Shown: positions 9,369 to 17,951 of the stretch, one piece after another
Position numbering within the stretch: the stretch's first letter is position 1
Layout: each line of letters begins with the position of its first letter
Source of the DNA: Promethearchaeota archaeon
Lineage (GTDB): Archaea > Asgardarchaeota > Lokiarchaeia > Sigyniarchaeales > SOKP01
Direction of reading: 5' to 3'
DNA: 32,894 nt
Assembly (NCBI GenBank): GCA_048938445.1
Contig: JBHLME010000038.1
Coordinates: 1-32,894 of the forward strand
The notes under the pieces: model-generated
What the model was told of the DNA's origin: nothing
Databases searched by the model: none
The model's input: only the letters and a program-made list of their open reading frames with translations
Position numbers and translations under genes: made by a program

Positions 9369-9460
9369 GAAATTAGTATAATTATGAGAATAGTGGATTT
9401 AAAATAATATTTTTGAAGAAAATTAAATATTATTCATTTTTTATATTGACTAATTAATAA

Positions 9461-9766
9461 TTACATTAACTCGATTTCGACAAGCACGGATTCGGGGATG
9501 TGTATCTTCATGATGAGATGCATGCTTCTTTCATTGGCAATTATTTCAAAAAGGCGTTTATGAATGCGCATTTCAAATTTTGCCCAAGTAGATGTTCCTT
9601 GACCAGAGGGTGCTTTCATTACTGGTACCCTTAATCTTTTTGTAGGCAAGGGAATTGGTCCATACTTTTTAATCCCTTGGGTTTTACAAACATTCTCAAT
9701 TTGCTCGCATACAGACATTAAGGAGTCTAGCTGAGTACTTGATAATCTTATGCGAGCTTTTTGAAT
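9461..9766 (-). CDS. rps10: 30S ribosomal protein uS10 (S10p/S20e), probably initiating at ATT 9766
   Basis: GPIPLPTKRL, GQGTSTWAKFEMRIHKRL. The conserved N-terminus (I)QKARIRLSST lies in frame upstream of the track's ATG at 9718, giving 101 aa. Confidence 0.95.
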   Translation of the reverse strand: MQKARIRLSSTQLDSLMSVCEQIENVCKTQGIKKYGPIPLPTKRLRVPVMKAPSGQGTSTWAKFEMRIHKRLFEIIANERSMHLIMKIHIPESVLVEIELM

Positions 9767-9772
9767 GTTTTA

Positions 9773-9780
9773 ATCACCTT
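9773..9780 (-). promoter_or_regulatory. Strong Shine-Dalgarno AAGGTGAT for uS10
   Basis: Minus strand reads AAGGTGAT-TAAAAC-ATT-CAA-AAA-GCT. Confidence 0.8.
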
Positions 9781-9888
9781 TAATACTTTAGAATAAGTTA
9801 TATTCATTAATAATTATATTAAACGTAATTATGAAAATAAATTCTAATAAATAAATTTTTTGTCTAGAATAATCCTTTCTTGAAAATA

Positions 9889-11025
9889 TTAGAAATATAA
9901 TAGAAATTTATTACCTAAATGGACATTTTTGAGATATTTTTTTGCAATTTTCAAGCATTTTTCTGCCTGATCTCGAGGAGTAATAGGTAAATCTTTCATT
10001 TGATAATCTCCATGGAATACGAGAAGACTATATGGAATTTCATTATTTATTGATCCAATAAAACGTGCTATTTTTTCCACTTCTCTATGATTTACATAAC
10101 CAGGGACCATTAAGGTACATGCACTCATTTCTGGCATTTCCTTTTCTCTTGTCCCGAAATATTTTTCTGCTAAATAATTAAAATTTTTAAGAGTTCTTTT
10201 ATTACTCCTCCCACATAGAGCCAAATTGAGTCTTTCATCAAAACTTTTTAAATCGAATTTAATGTTTCCCCCTGTTTTAATTGCTATTTTCATACAATTC
10301 TCTATTAAATTTTGATTACCGCTTCCATTCCATTCCCAACAAAACCTAAATTTACGATCAGGCTCATTTTTATGAATAATTTTTAGTATATTATTTGCGA
10401 GATTTATAGAAAAAGGTAATTGAGCTTCAGGTGTTCCTCCGAAATAACATAAACAAGTAATATCTTTTTTTTTACATATCTGATTTGTTAAAGTATCAAC
10501 ATCAGAAAGTCTTTTATTGGATATCCATTTATGAGATGAATTTTGGCAAAAAAGACAATTAAAAGTACAACCATAGAGAAAAGCAGCATAACTAAAAGTC
10601 CCAAATTCTGGTCCATTGAAATCAGAATATTGAGGATATCCTGCCGAACTTCCCGCAGGACAAAACCATGAATTACAGCAATTTGTAGGATTTGGATCTA
10701 TATAACCATGAATATACCCTCTTTTTCTATTTGGAAAGGGTAATTCTCCGCTCTCATTTTTTTTTATGTTTCGCAACCCACAATAACTAACATCATCAAA
10801 GGAGAGTTTACATTCATTTAAACAATAATTACATTTTAATTGAACATTATTATTTGCAGAAGGGGGCGTTTTTGGTAGATTTTCTAGCTTGCGGACTTTT
10901 TCATGAACGGCCATTACATGGTCTTTAACAAGATTCCAGTCTTCATTAAGAATGCAATCCCTACAAATCTCTAATATTTCAGAGATAAGTTTATCTTCTT
11001 TTTGGCAAAATTTACACTTTCCCAT
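9889..11025 (-). CDS. Radical SAM protein (PFL-activase-like / AmmeMemoRadiSam-type) with Cys-rich N-terminus
   Basis: GCTFNCLFCQN (CxxxCxxC), FGGTPE, WEWNG, KFDLK, LKNVHLGN; extra CKFC, CRDC, CNYCLNEC..YCGLR. Confidence 0.88.
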   Translation of the reverse strand: MGKCKFCQKEDKLISEILEICRDCILNEDWNLVKDHVMAVHEKVRKLENLPKTPPSANNNVQLKCNYCLNECKLSFDDVSYCGLRNIKKNESGELPFPNRKRGYIHGYIDPNPTNCCNSWFCPAGSSAGYPQYSDFNGPEFGTFSYAAFLYGCTFNCLFCQNSSHKWISNKRLSDVDTLTNQICKKKDITCLCYFGGTPEAQLPFSINLANNILKIIHKNEPDRKFRFCWEWNGSGNQNLIENCMKIAIKTGGNIKFDLKSFDERLNLALCGRSNKRTLKNFNYLAEKYFGTREKEMPEMSACTLMVPGYVNHREVEKIARFIGSINNEIPYSLLVFHGDYQMKDLPITPRDQAEKCLKIAKKYLKNVHLGNKFLLYF

Positions 11026-11028
11026 TTA

Positions 11029-11682
11029 TTATCCTTCTTTTTTTAACAACAGAAAAGTCTGACCTGCTTTCTGTTTGGGATTATTTTTTATAATATAACC
11101 GTCAAACCCATTATCTTTAAATGAAGAACTAAATAAGTCTAATTCACTTTCATTCTGAGGATAAAATTCAATAATAGCTCTTCCTTTTCCTTTTAAAATA
11201 CCTCGTAGAAACTTAGCTGTATTATTTACTACTTTCCTTTCCTCCCTAGTTCCTTCAAGTCCATAAATTATAAAGTTGTATGCTGACACGGAAATAATGT
11301 GATCAATACTCCTTTTTCTTAATGGTAAATAATTTATATCTGCTAATATTAAGTCCAAGTTATCTAACATCCTTACATTTTTCCTTTCATTGGCCTTCAA
11401 AAGCATATCTGGTAGGACATCGATACCAATTACTCGAAATCCGTTATCAATTAGAACCTCTGACGAATATCCAGTGCCACATCCCATATCTAATATTAAA
11501 TACGGAAAATTTTCATCAATATTGTTTTTCCCTAAATTATTATCATAGAGATATTCAATGCATCTTAACGTTGTCTTTTTTTGATTTCGTTCCATCCATT
11601 TTTGATTATTATATTCCTTAGCAAATTCTCCCTTGTAAGAATCTGGAAATTTAGGTAGATAATTTTTTCGTACCAATAGCAC
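11029..11682 (-). CDS. Class I SAM methyltransferase resembling eukaryotic Bud23/WBSCR22
   Basis: ILDMGCGTG motif I plus Bud23-type blocks: QKKTTLRCIEYL, ISVSA, GRAIIEFYPQN, NGFDGYIIKNNP, FLLL. Confidence 0.8.
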   Translation of the reverse strand: MLLVRKNYLPKFPDSYKGEFAKEYNNQKWMERNQKKTTLRCIEYLYDNNLGKNNIDENFPYLILDMGCGTGYSSEVLIDNGFRVIGIDVLPDMLLKANERKNVRMLDNLDLILADINYLPLRKRSIDHIISVSAYNFIIYGLEGTREERKVVNNTAKFLRGILKGKGRAIIEFYPQNESELDLFSSSFKDNGFDGYIIKNNPKQKAGQTFLLLKKEG

Positions 11683-11762
11683 TCATAATACATAAATAAT
11701 TAAAGGTTTTTAAATGTTGAAAGGTAAATGTAAATTAAAACAAAAATATTCATCATAATATC

Positions 11763-12173
11763 ATGGCTCAAGCTCAATCTAAAAAAGTATCAAATAAATG
11801 CCGGACAATCTTGATTTGCGATGATGAAAGTGATATTGTTTATCTTGCGGAAAAAATCTTAATTTGGGGAGGATATAATACAATAACCTGCAGTAACGGT
11901 AAAGAAGTATTGGAGACAATGGAAAAAATGCATAATGAGATTGATTTAATACTTCTGGATATCAGAATGCCTGTAATGAATGGTCATGAAGCATTAAAAG
12001 AACTAAAAACTATAAAAAGATTCAAAGATACTCCTGTCGTGCTATTTACCATAAATAATTATAATCAAGACGTTCAAAAAGGTCGAGAATTAGGAGCAGA
12101 TGCATTCTTACCTAAACCATTTTCGGCAAGAGGATTATTAAAATTCATACAAGAAATGTTAGAAATCCCTTGA
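11763..12173 (+). CDS. Stand-alone receiver domain (CheY-like) response regulator
   Basis: LICDDE, ILLDIRMPVMNG, LFT, FLPKPF. Confidence 0.92.
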   Translation: MAQAQSKKVSNKCRTILICDDESDIVYLAEKILIWGGYNTITCSNGKEVLETMEKMHNEIDLILLDIRMPVMNGHEALKELKTIKRFKDTPVVLFTINNYNQDVQKGRELGADAFLPKPFSARGLLKFIQEMLEIP

Positions 12174-12386
12174 GACGTTAAAGATTATTTAAAACCTAAA
12201 TAAAAATAATTTAGTGTTAACATCCTTATATCAATGCATTTATGTTATCGTTATGATATAATGACTTTAAATATCAAAACAACTTAATATGTAATTATAC
12301 CATTTAAATTTTTAATGGGATAAAAGCCATTTGAAATATATTTAATTAAAATTAACGAACATTTTTGAACTATTACCGGGTTTTGG

Positions 12387-12806
12387 TTGGAAATGATAAA
12401 ACAGGATAATGAAAGTAGTGTCATGAAGAAGTCAATCCTAATCGTAGATGATGAGCCCGATATTGTTAATTTAACTGAGAAATTTTTGAACTTAGGTGAA
12501 TTTAAGACAATTACTTGCATTAATGGAAAAGAAGCTTTAAAAATTATAGAGGAAAGATATGAAGAAATTGCTCTTGTTTTGCTTGACCTTATGATGCCAG
12601 GTCTTTCAGGGTATTCTATCTTGGAAAGTATCAAATCAAATGAAAAATATAAAGATATTCTTGTTGTATTATTTACAGTTAAAAGTTTTAACGAAGACAT
12701 CAAAAAAGGTCGAGAAATGGGAGCAGATGGATATTTGACAAAACCATTTGCTGGAAAAGAATTAGTGAAATTAATAAAGGAGATATTAAGAAATAAGAGA
12801 AATTAA
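12387..12806 (+). CDS. Stand-alone receiver domain response regulator (start may be ATG 12393 or 12423)
   Basis: LIVDDEP, VLLDLMMPGLSG, LFT, YLTKPF. Confidence 0.92.
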   Translation: MEMIKQDNESSVMKKSILIVDDEPDIVNLTEKFLNLGEFKTITCINGKEALKIIEERYEEIALVLLDLMMPGLSGYSILESIKSNEKYKDILVVLFTVKSFNEDIKKGREMGADGYLTKPFAGKELVKLIKEILRNKRN

Positions 12807-12946
12807 GTATTTTATCTTGATTTTATAATTCTTATTTTAATAATAAAGTATTTAGCTGTTATAGATAAAGGTATTTCAAGATATTACTTGCTTTTATCTC
12901 TATAATACATAAAAATTATATATTTTTTTTAAAAAAAGAAAAAAAT

Positions 12947-14149
12947 TTAAAAAATATTTCTTAAAAAGAATAGCCATATCAAATACATTCCAATACTTAT
13001 AGTTGCTGCAATAACAAGCGTTTTTCGAATCATATGAACCTTATGAGATCGTGGGTTCCTTCCTTTTCGATCTAATAACTTAGGGAATAGAGAATGATTA
13101 TGAGGTTCTATTTGATACCAATATGCTGTAGATGACCAATCGTCGCCCCGATGGTTGTCGTGGCCATGCTCTATGGAAACGATGATCTCATTGTTAAAAT
13201 ATATTGGATCCTCAATATGATATCTATAGTAAGTGATTTTCCCCCACCAATTAAAGCCACCAGCTAATATAGTTCCATGATATGGAGCGGATTGAGTATG
13301 CCTCTGGCTATATGCTTGGTTCACGTAATCTTCCGTTCCCGTTCCATATAATGTAGGTATACCTTTTTCAACATCCTCATCAATAAAGATCATATCGTCG
13401 CCTTCACCAGGCCAGTTTAAAAATGGAAAAAATGTAATGTTATCAATATTGAGATTACATCCAACATAATGACCTTTTCCCTTCGCTTCAAGGATTTTAT
13501 AATTATATTCCAATGGATCTATATTGTTGCCACCTAAAAAATTAAAATCTACCGGTTTTATTCTCTTAAACTTCTTTCCAGTCTCACTATTTCTTTTCTT
13601 TACCTTGGTTGGATTTTCACGTCGCCATTGAGCATGAAACCTCCCATATTCTCCATCATTTTCTAATCCATCTTCATAGCTTTCATAATCGATATAATAA
13701 TAAAAAGTAAATGATTTTGCATTATCGTTTTCAAGCGTGATTTTAAATCCTTTAGAGTATGGCATTGGCCACCAACAATTGAATCCCTTTCCACTCTGAG
13801 GGCTCATCTGAAGAGGTAAAGAAACAAAATTTTTTCGCTTGGCATGACCCATTCCAAAGAAATCTCCTAATGGAGCTTCTACACTAGGATTTTTTTCAGA
13901 TTCACCATCCCAGTACATTCTTAAAATTGTATTTCGTAGATAATATTTTGCCAGACACATACAAGTACACCATATATGAGTAATACACCCTGCTCCTTCT
14001 ATTTCTCCTAAAATAGCGGTTTCTCCAGGTTTTATTACTAAATAATCGCGATTTCCGCCTTTTTTATCGTAACTTGAAATACGTCTTCTTTTCATTGAAT
14101 CAGGTCTGATTTTTGCTATGTCATGTAATGAACTTTTTCCTAACTTCAT
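12947..14149 (-). CDS. DUF2961 / glycoside hydrolase family 172 protein with C-terminal transmembrane helix (start placed at ATG 14149)
   Basis: SSYDKKGGNRD, GAGCITHIW, YWDGE..PSVEAPLGDFF, WPGEGDD, GTGTEDY, YRYHIEDPI, EHGH, SSTAYWYQ. The first 25 aa of the track ORF look like translated AT-rich intergenic DNA. Confidence 0.85.
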   Translation of the reverse strand: MKLGKSSLHDIAKIRPDSMKRRRISSYDKKGGNRDYLVIKPGETAILGEIEGAGCITHIWCTCMCLAKYYLRNTILRMYWDGESEKNPSVEAPLGDFFGMGHAKRKNFVSLPLQMSPQSGKGFNCWWPMPYSKGFKITLENDNAKSFTFYYYIDYESYEDGLENDGEYGRFHAQWRRENPTKVKKRNSETGKKFKRIKPVDFNFLGGNNIDPLEYNYKILEAKGKGHYVGCNLNIDNITFFPFLNWPGEGDDMIFIDEDVEKGIPTLYGTGTEDYVNQAYSQRHTQSAPYHGTILAGGFNWWGKITYYRYHIEDPIYFNNEIIVSIEHGHDNHRGDDWSSTAYWYQIEPHNHSLFPKLLDRKGRNPRSHKVHMIRKTLVIAATISIGMYLIWLFFLRNIF

Positions 14150-14274
14150 AATATAGTATCTATGTATAAATAAATAAAAGTATAATCGGATTTTAGCATA
14201 AAAGAATAGGCTAAAATATTTCAATAATAAGTTATTATGAAGAGTATTATATCACTATGCGATCAATATAGAAA

Positions 14275-15627
14275 ATGACGAAAATAGTTGTAATAGGTAT
14301 GGGATATGTAGGAATCCCAATGGCCGTTTTACTAGCAGATGTGGAAGGATTTTATGTTACTGGAATCCAACGCAAATCAAAGAGGTCTGGTTGGAAGATT
14401 GATCATCTCAATCAAGGTAAGAATCCATTTGAAGGAGAGGAGCCCGGTTTAGATGAATTAATTTTTCGAGTAGTAGCTAATAAAAAGTTCTACGTGACAC
14501 ATAAATATAAAGAAGCTTGTAAAAATGCGGATTATGTGCTTATTGATGTTCAAACCCCCGTAGACGATAAACAAGTTCCCAGGTATGAATCATTACGAGA
14601 AGTGTCGCATAAGATTGGCAGGCATCTAAAAAATGGGGCAACAGTCATTATAGAATCTACTGTTGCTCCAGGAACCACAGATAATATTCTTCAACCAATT
14701 ATAGAGAAAGAAAGCGGTCTTAAGAGAGGAAAGGATTTTTATTTAGTTTTTTCGTTTGAACGGGTAATGCCCGGAAAATTAATTGAATATATAACAAATT
14801 TTCCCCGAGTTATTGGTGGAGGATGTGAAGAAGCAAATGAAAAAGCAAAATTTCTATATAGTAAAGTAGTGAAAAAAGAATTACAGGTTACCGATACGCT
14901 TACAGCAGAATTAACCAAATGCATTGAAAATACATATAGAGATGTAAATATTGCTTTTGCTAATGAAATGGCATTAATATGTGAGGATTTTAATAGAAAT
15001 ATTTTTGAAATCGTAGAGTTGATTAATTATAGACATGATAGAATGATGCATTATCCTGGTTCAGGAGTGGGTGGTCATTGTTTAACAAAAGATCCTTGGT
15101 TATTAATGTATGGGCATAAAACATATACTGATAAAAAATCAAATCCTAAACTCCTCCCGGAATCCCGATATTTAAATGATTACATGCCTGAACACATGAT
15201 TGAACTCATGGAATCCAGTATAAAGGAAGCTGGGATGATAATGGATAATTTAAGAATTGCATTATTCGGTGTTTCATATAAAGCGAATACAGATGATACG
15301 AGAAACACCCCTTCAGAAAAAATTGTATCAATATTAAAGCAAAGATACCATTCTCATAATATTGAATACATTGCCCATGATCCTTATGTCAAAAAGAGAG
15401 ATTATAACGCTACAGAATTAACAGATGATTTTTTCCTTGCTGCAACTGGTTCAGACGTGTTAATTTTTGCTACTAATCATAAAGAATATTATGATATTGA
15501 TCTAAGCAAACTTAAAGATATGGTAAAAACACCTATTATTATTGACGGTCGCAATATTTTTAATAAAAGAGAAATGGAAGCCCTGGGTTTTATTTATCGA
15601 AAAGTTGGTGAAGGATCAAAAAAATAA
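14275..15627 (+). CDS. Nucleotide-sugar dehydrogenase (UDP-glucose/GDP-mannose family, WecC/WbpO-like)
   Basis: VIGMGYVG, ESTVAPGTT, ERVMPG, KCIENTYRDVNIAFANE, GVGGHC, DGRN. Confidence 0.93.
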   Translation: MTKIVVIGMGYVGIPMAVLLADVEGFYVTGIQRKSKRSGWKIDHLNQGKNPFEGEEPGLDELIFRVVANKKFYVTHKYKEACKNADYVLIDVQTPVDDKQVPRYESLREVSHKIGRHLKNGATVIIESTVAPGTTDNILQPIIEKESGLKRGKDFYLVFSFERVMPGKLIEYITNFPRVIGGGCEEANEKAKFLYSKVVKKELQVTDTLTAELTKCIENTYRDVNIAFANEMALICEDFNRNIFEIVELINYRHDRMMHYPGSGVGGHCLTKDPWLLMYGHKTYTDKKSNPKLLPESRYLNDYMPEHMIELMESSIKEAGMIMDNLRIALFGVSYKANTDDTRNTPSEKIVSILKQRYHSHNIEYIAHDPYVKKRDYNATELTDDFFLAATGSDVLIFATNHKEYYDIDLSKLKDMVKTPIIIDGRNIFNKREMEALGFIYRKVGEGSKK

Positions 15628-15801
15628 CACAACTCAATATTTTATTTAAAAATTTAATAGAATACCAAAATTACGTAAGTATCTTGTCATTTTTGTCATA
15701 TGAAAATAAGGATAACGTTTAAATACCCTATCGATTTGTTAATTATTAGGGAATAAACAAAGGTATAAATATAAAAAATCATATATTAAATAGGAAAAAA
15801 A

Positions 15802-16161
15802 ATGTCAGTTAAATGTGATTTCTGTGGGGGAGTTACTGATAGGTTTCATACAAAATTGATTAAAACCTTAAAATCTTCTAATTTAATTTCAGAGAAATAT
15901 CCAAATTTATGTGCAGATTGTTTTAAGACGTATTCTAGCGTGAAAAAACTTGAAAGATTTCTTGATGAGAATAATTTGACATGTAACGAATGTGGAAACA
16001 AGTTTACTCATTATGAAATTTTATTCGATGGAAACGGCAATACTGCTTATTGTGAATGCAAAAAATGTAATAAAACCTTTAAAGTAGAAATTTCTTCAGA
16101 TTTCTGTGCAAAGATTAACGAATGTCCTGCAGTTGAGCTAACAACAAGCATTTCTCAGTAA
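15802..16161 (+). CDS. Hypothetical protein with two zinc-finger/ribbon units
   Basis: CDFC..CADC and CNEC..CKKC pairs, plus extra Cys. Confidence 0.7.
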   Translation: MSVKCDFCGGVTDRFHTKLIKTLKSSNLISEKYPNLCADCFKTYSSVKKLERFLDENNLTCNECGNKFTHYEILFDGNGNTAYCECKKCNKTFKVEISSDFCAKINECPAVELTTSISQ

Positions 16162-16187
16162 ATCGATTTTAATCGATTTTAATTGAT
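16161..16187. repeat. Short tandem repeat (AATCGATTTT)x2 + AATTGAT
   Basis: Read directly; each unit contains the palindrome AATCGATT. Confidence 0.6.
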
Positions 16188-16313
16188 AGTAATGTAAAAA
16201 TAGTAACAAGTTTATATTTTACAATAAAAAAATTACTCTTTTAATGAATAATTGATTTCTAATTATCAATTAACTGTCTATAAAATTCAAGAATATTTTT
16301 TTCTTTAAAAAAA

Positions 16314-16646
16314 ATGTCAGGTCTCAAAGATTTAAAAAATGGAATATCTGAAGTAAATTCAGAGATAAAAGCTCTCAATTCTCAAATCAAGGAATTATCA
16401 AACATAGTAGTTGAAATGACGAACAAGATTTCTGAAAGTTTAAACGATTCTACAAAAGAAATCAACAATACAAACAACACTATAAGAGAGTCATTAGATA
16501 AAGCTACCGAAGCCTTAAAGGATATGACAAACGTCGTTGGTAAAGTGGTAGGAATATTAACGCTAGGTGGTGAAGCTAGAACCTCTCTTATAAAGAGTCT
16601 CGGGATCGATAATTTAATTCCTGATTTTTTTAAAAAAAAAGAATAA
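16314..16646 (+). CDS. Hypothetical coiled-coil/amphipathic helical protein
   Basis: Heptad pattern LKDLKNGISEVNSEIKALNSQIKELSNIV...; ATG start. Confidence 0.7.
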   Translation: MSGLKDLKNGISEVNSEIKALNSQIKELSNIVVEMTNKISESLNDSTKEINNTNNTIRESLDKATEALKDMTNVVGKVVGILTLGGEARTSLIKSLGIDNLIPDFFKKKE

Positions 16647-16667
16647 ATCCCACTAGAGCCTTTTACT

Positions 16668-16850
16668 TTACTCTTGATATTTTTTATTTAAAAAATAAAA
16701 AATTGTTATACTTACAACATATACAAGAGTAAAAATTCCCCAAAATAATGTCATTAATGCATCATTTTCAAGGATTCCGCGAATAAAAAACCAAACAAAT
16801 AAAATCGTTAATAAAAATAATAATCGAATTCTATTAGACCACTTGTCCAT
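16668..16850 (-). CDS. Small two-TM membrane protein
   Basis: Two hydrophobic segments separated by ENDA, with basic flanks. Confidence 0.55.
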   Translation of the reverse strand: MDKWSNRIRLLFLLTILFVWFFIRGILENDALMTLFWGIFTLVYVVSITIFYFLNKKYQE

Positions 16851-16998
16851 TTTAACAATATCTCAAGAGTTTTAATTAATAATTATTAAAATCTTTGATT
16901 AAATTAAAACACTAAGGTAAAAAAAAAATTATATAGAAAGAATAGAAATAAATTGAATAAAGTGTTAACTATTAATTATTACATCAATCAAAAAGGAT

Positions 16999-17214
16999 TT
17001 GAATAAGAAGATGCCAGATAAATCAAGACCTCCTTCATGTTTTTTATGTTCTAAGAATTATGAAGAAACATTAAACATGCTACATTATTGTATCTGTGAT
17101 ATAGGAATTTGCGATAATTGCATAAATTCCGTGAAGAATAGTGATACTACGTGGATATGTCCAAATTGTAAAGCCGAAAATTCAATTGAAGAAACTAAAC
17201 TGATACGATCTTAA
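16999..17214 (+). CDS. Small C4C4-type RING finger protein (start may be ATG 17011)
   Basis: C-x2-C-x13-C-x-C-x4-C-x2-C-x12-C-x2-C: CFLC..CIC..CDNC..WICPNCK. Confidence 0.75.
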   Translation: MNKKMPDKSRPPSCFLCSKNYEETLNMLHYCICDIGICDNCINSVKNSDTTWICPNCKAENSIEETKLIRS

Positions 17215-17269
17215 TTTTTATATATTCATGAATTCTTTTTATTTTCAAAAAAATATTATTATCATATTA

Positions 17270-17342
17270 AAGCCGATGATGATATATAAAAAGATGATTT
17301 AAAATTATTAAAAAGGATAAAATCAGAGGAAGGCTGAGGCTT
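17270..17342 (+). ncRNA. Candidate box C/D guide sRNA
   Basis: Terminal stem AAGCC (17270-74)/GGCTT (17338-42), box C ATGATGA (17276-82), box D CTGA (17334-37), putative D' ATGA (17294-97) and degenerate C' AGGATAA (17314-20); intergenic. Confidence 0.7.
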
Positions 17343-17630
17343 AAAAAGACAATATTTAATGATTATAGCGTAATTGAATCCCAAATTCGTAGAAATCAAT
17401 TATATCCTTTCACTTTAATTCTCAAAGGTTCATTCATAACGTTAATAATTACATTACTCTTAACTATAACAATTTGTTTTTTAAACTTCTTACTTACGAG
17501 TTTTTACTTTTCAAATACAATATTTTTATTAAAATATTGTCTTGGATTAATTTTTTGGGTTTGTATAAGTTCAATACCCTTTATAGGAATCTATTTTATT
17601 ATCAAGATTCCGATAATATCGTTTCAAATT

Positions 17631-17894
17631 ATGGATTTATTGCATATACCTTTCGAAATAAATATTATAATCTCATTATTTTCTTTTTTCACGATTGCAA
17701 TCATCGGATTCATATGTAACACCTATATTTTAATCATGTTGATAAAAAATTATTATCTTATTTCAAATGTTAAAGATAAAAATAGAAAAAAGACACAAAT
17801 TACCTTTTTAATTTCATTAGCATTAGGGGTTATTTTGATTTTCACTTCAGATTTTATATTCTTCCCAATTTATCAAGTATTAATCACTTTATAA
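17631..17894 (+). CDS. Small two-TM membrane protein
   Basis: Two long hydrophobic stretches with a basic loop KDKNRKK; ATG start. Confidence 0.5.
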   Translation: MDLLHIPFEINIIISLFSFFTIAIIGFICNTYILIMLIKNYYLISNVKDKNRKKTQITFLISLALGVILIFTSDFIFFPIYQVLITL

Positions 17895-17951
17895 AAAAAT
17901 ATATACGTTCCATTTTTAAATAAATTAAATACACATAATTGAAGAAATATC

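Noticed and set aside
8806-14924. ORFs 8806-9111(+), 11322-11621(+), 12284-12703(-) and 14739-14924(-)
   Set aside because: Antisense shadows of motif-supported genes
15684-15699. TTGTCAT direct repeat resembling a PHO box
   Set aside because: The period is 9 nt rather than 11, and there are no phosphate genes nearby
16314-16646. Coiled-coil protein as a SNARE or ESCRT-III homolog
   Set aside because: No C-terminal TM anchor and no recognisable family motif; heptads alone are insufficient
17474-17719. 81-aa plus-strand ORF
   Set aside because: TTG start, F/Y/N/I-rich composition typical of AT-rich non-coding DNA, and overlaps the better ORF at 17631
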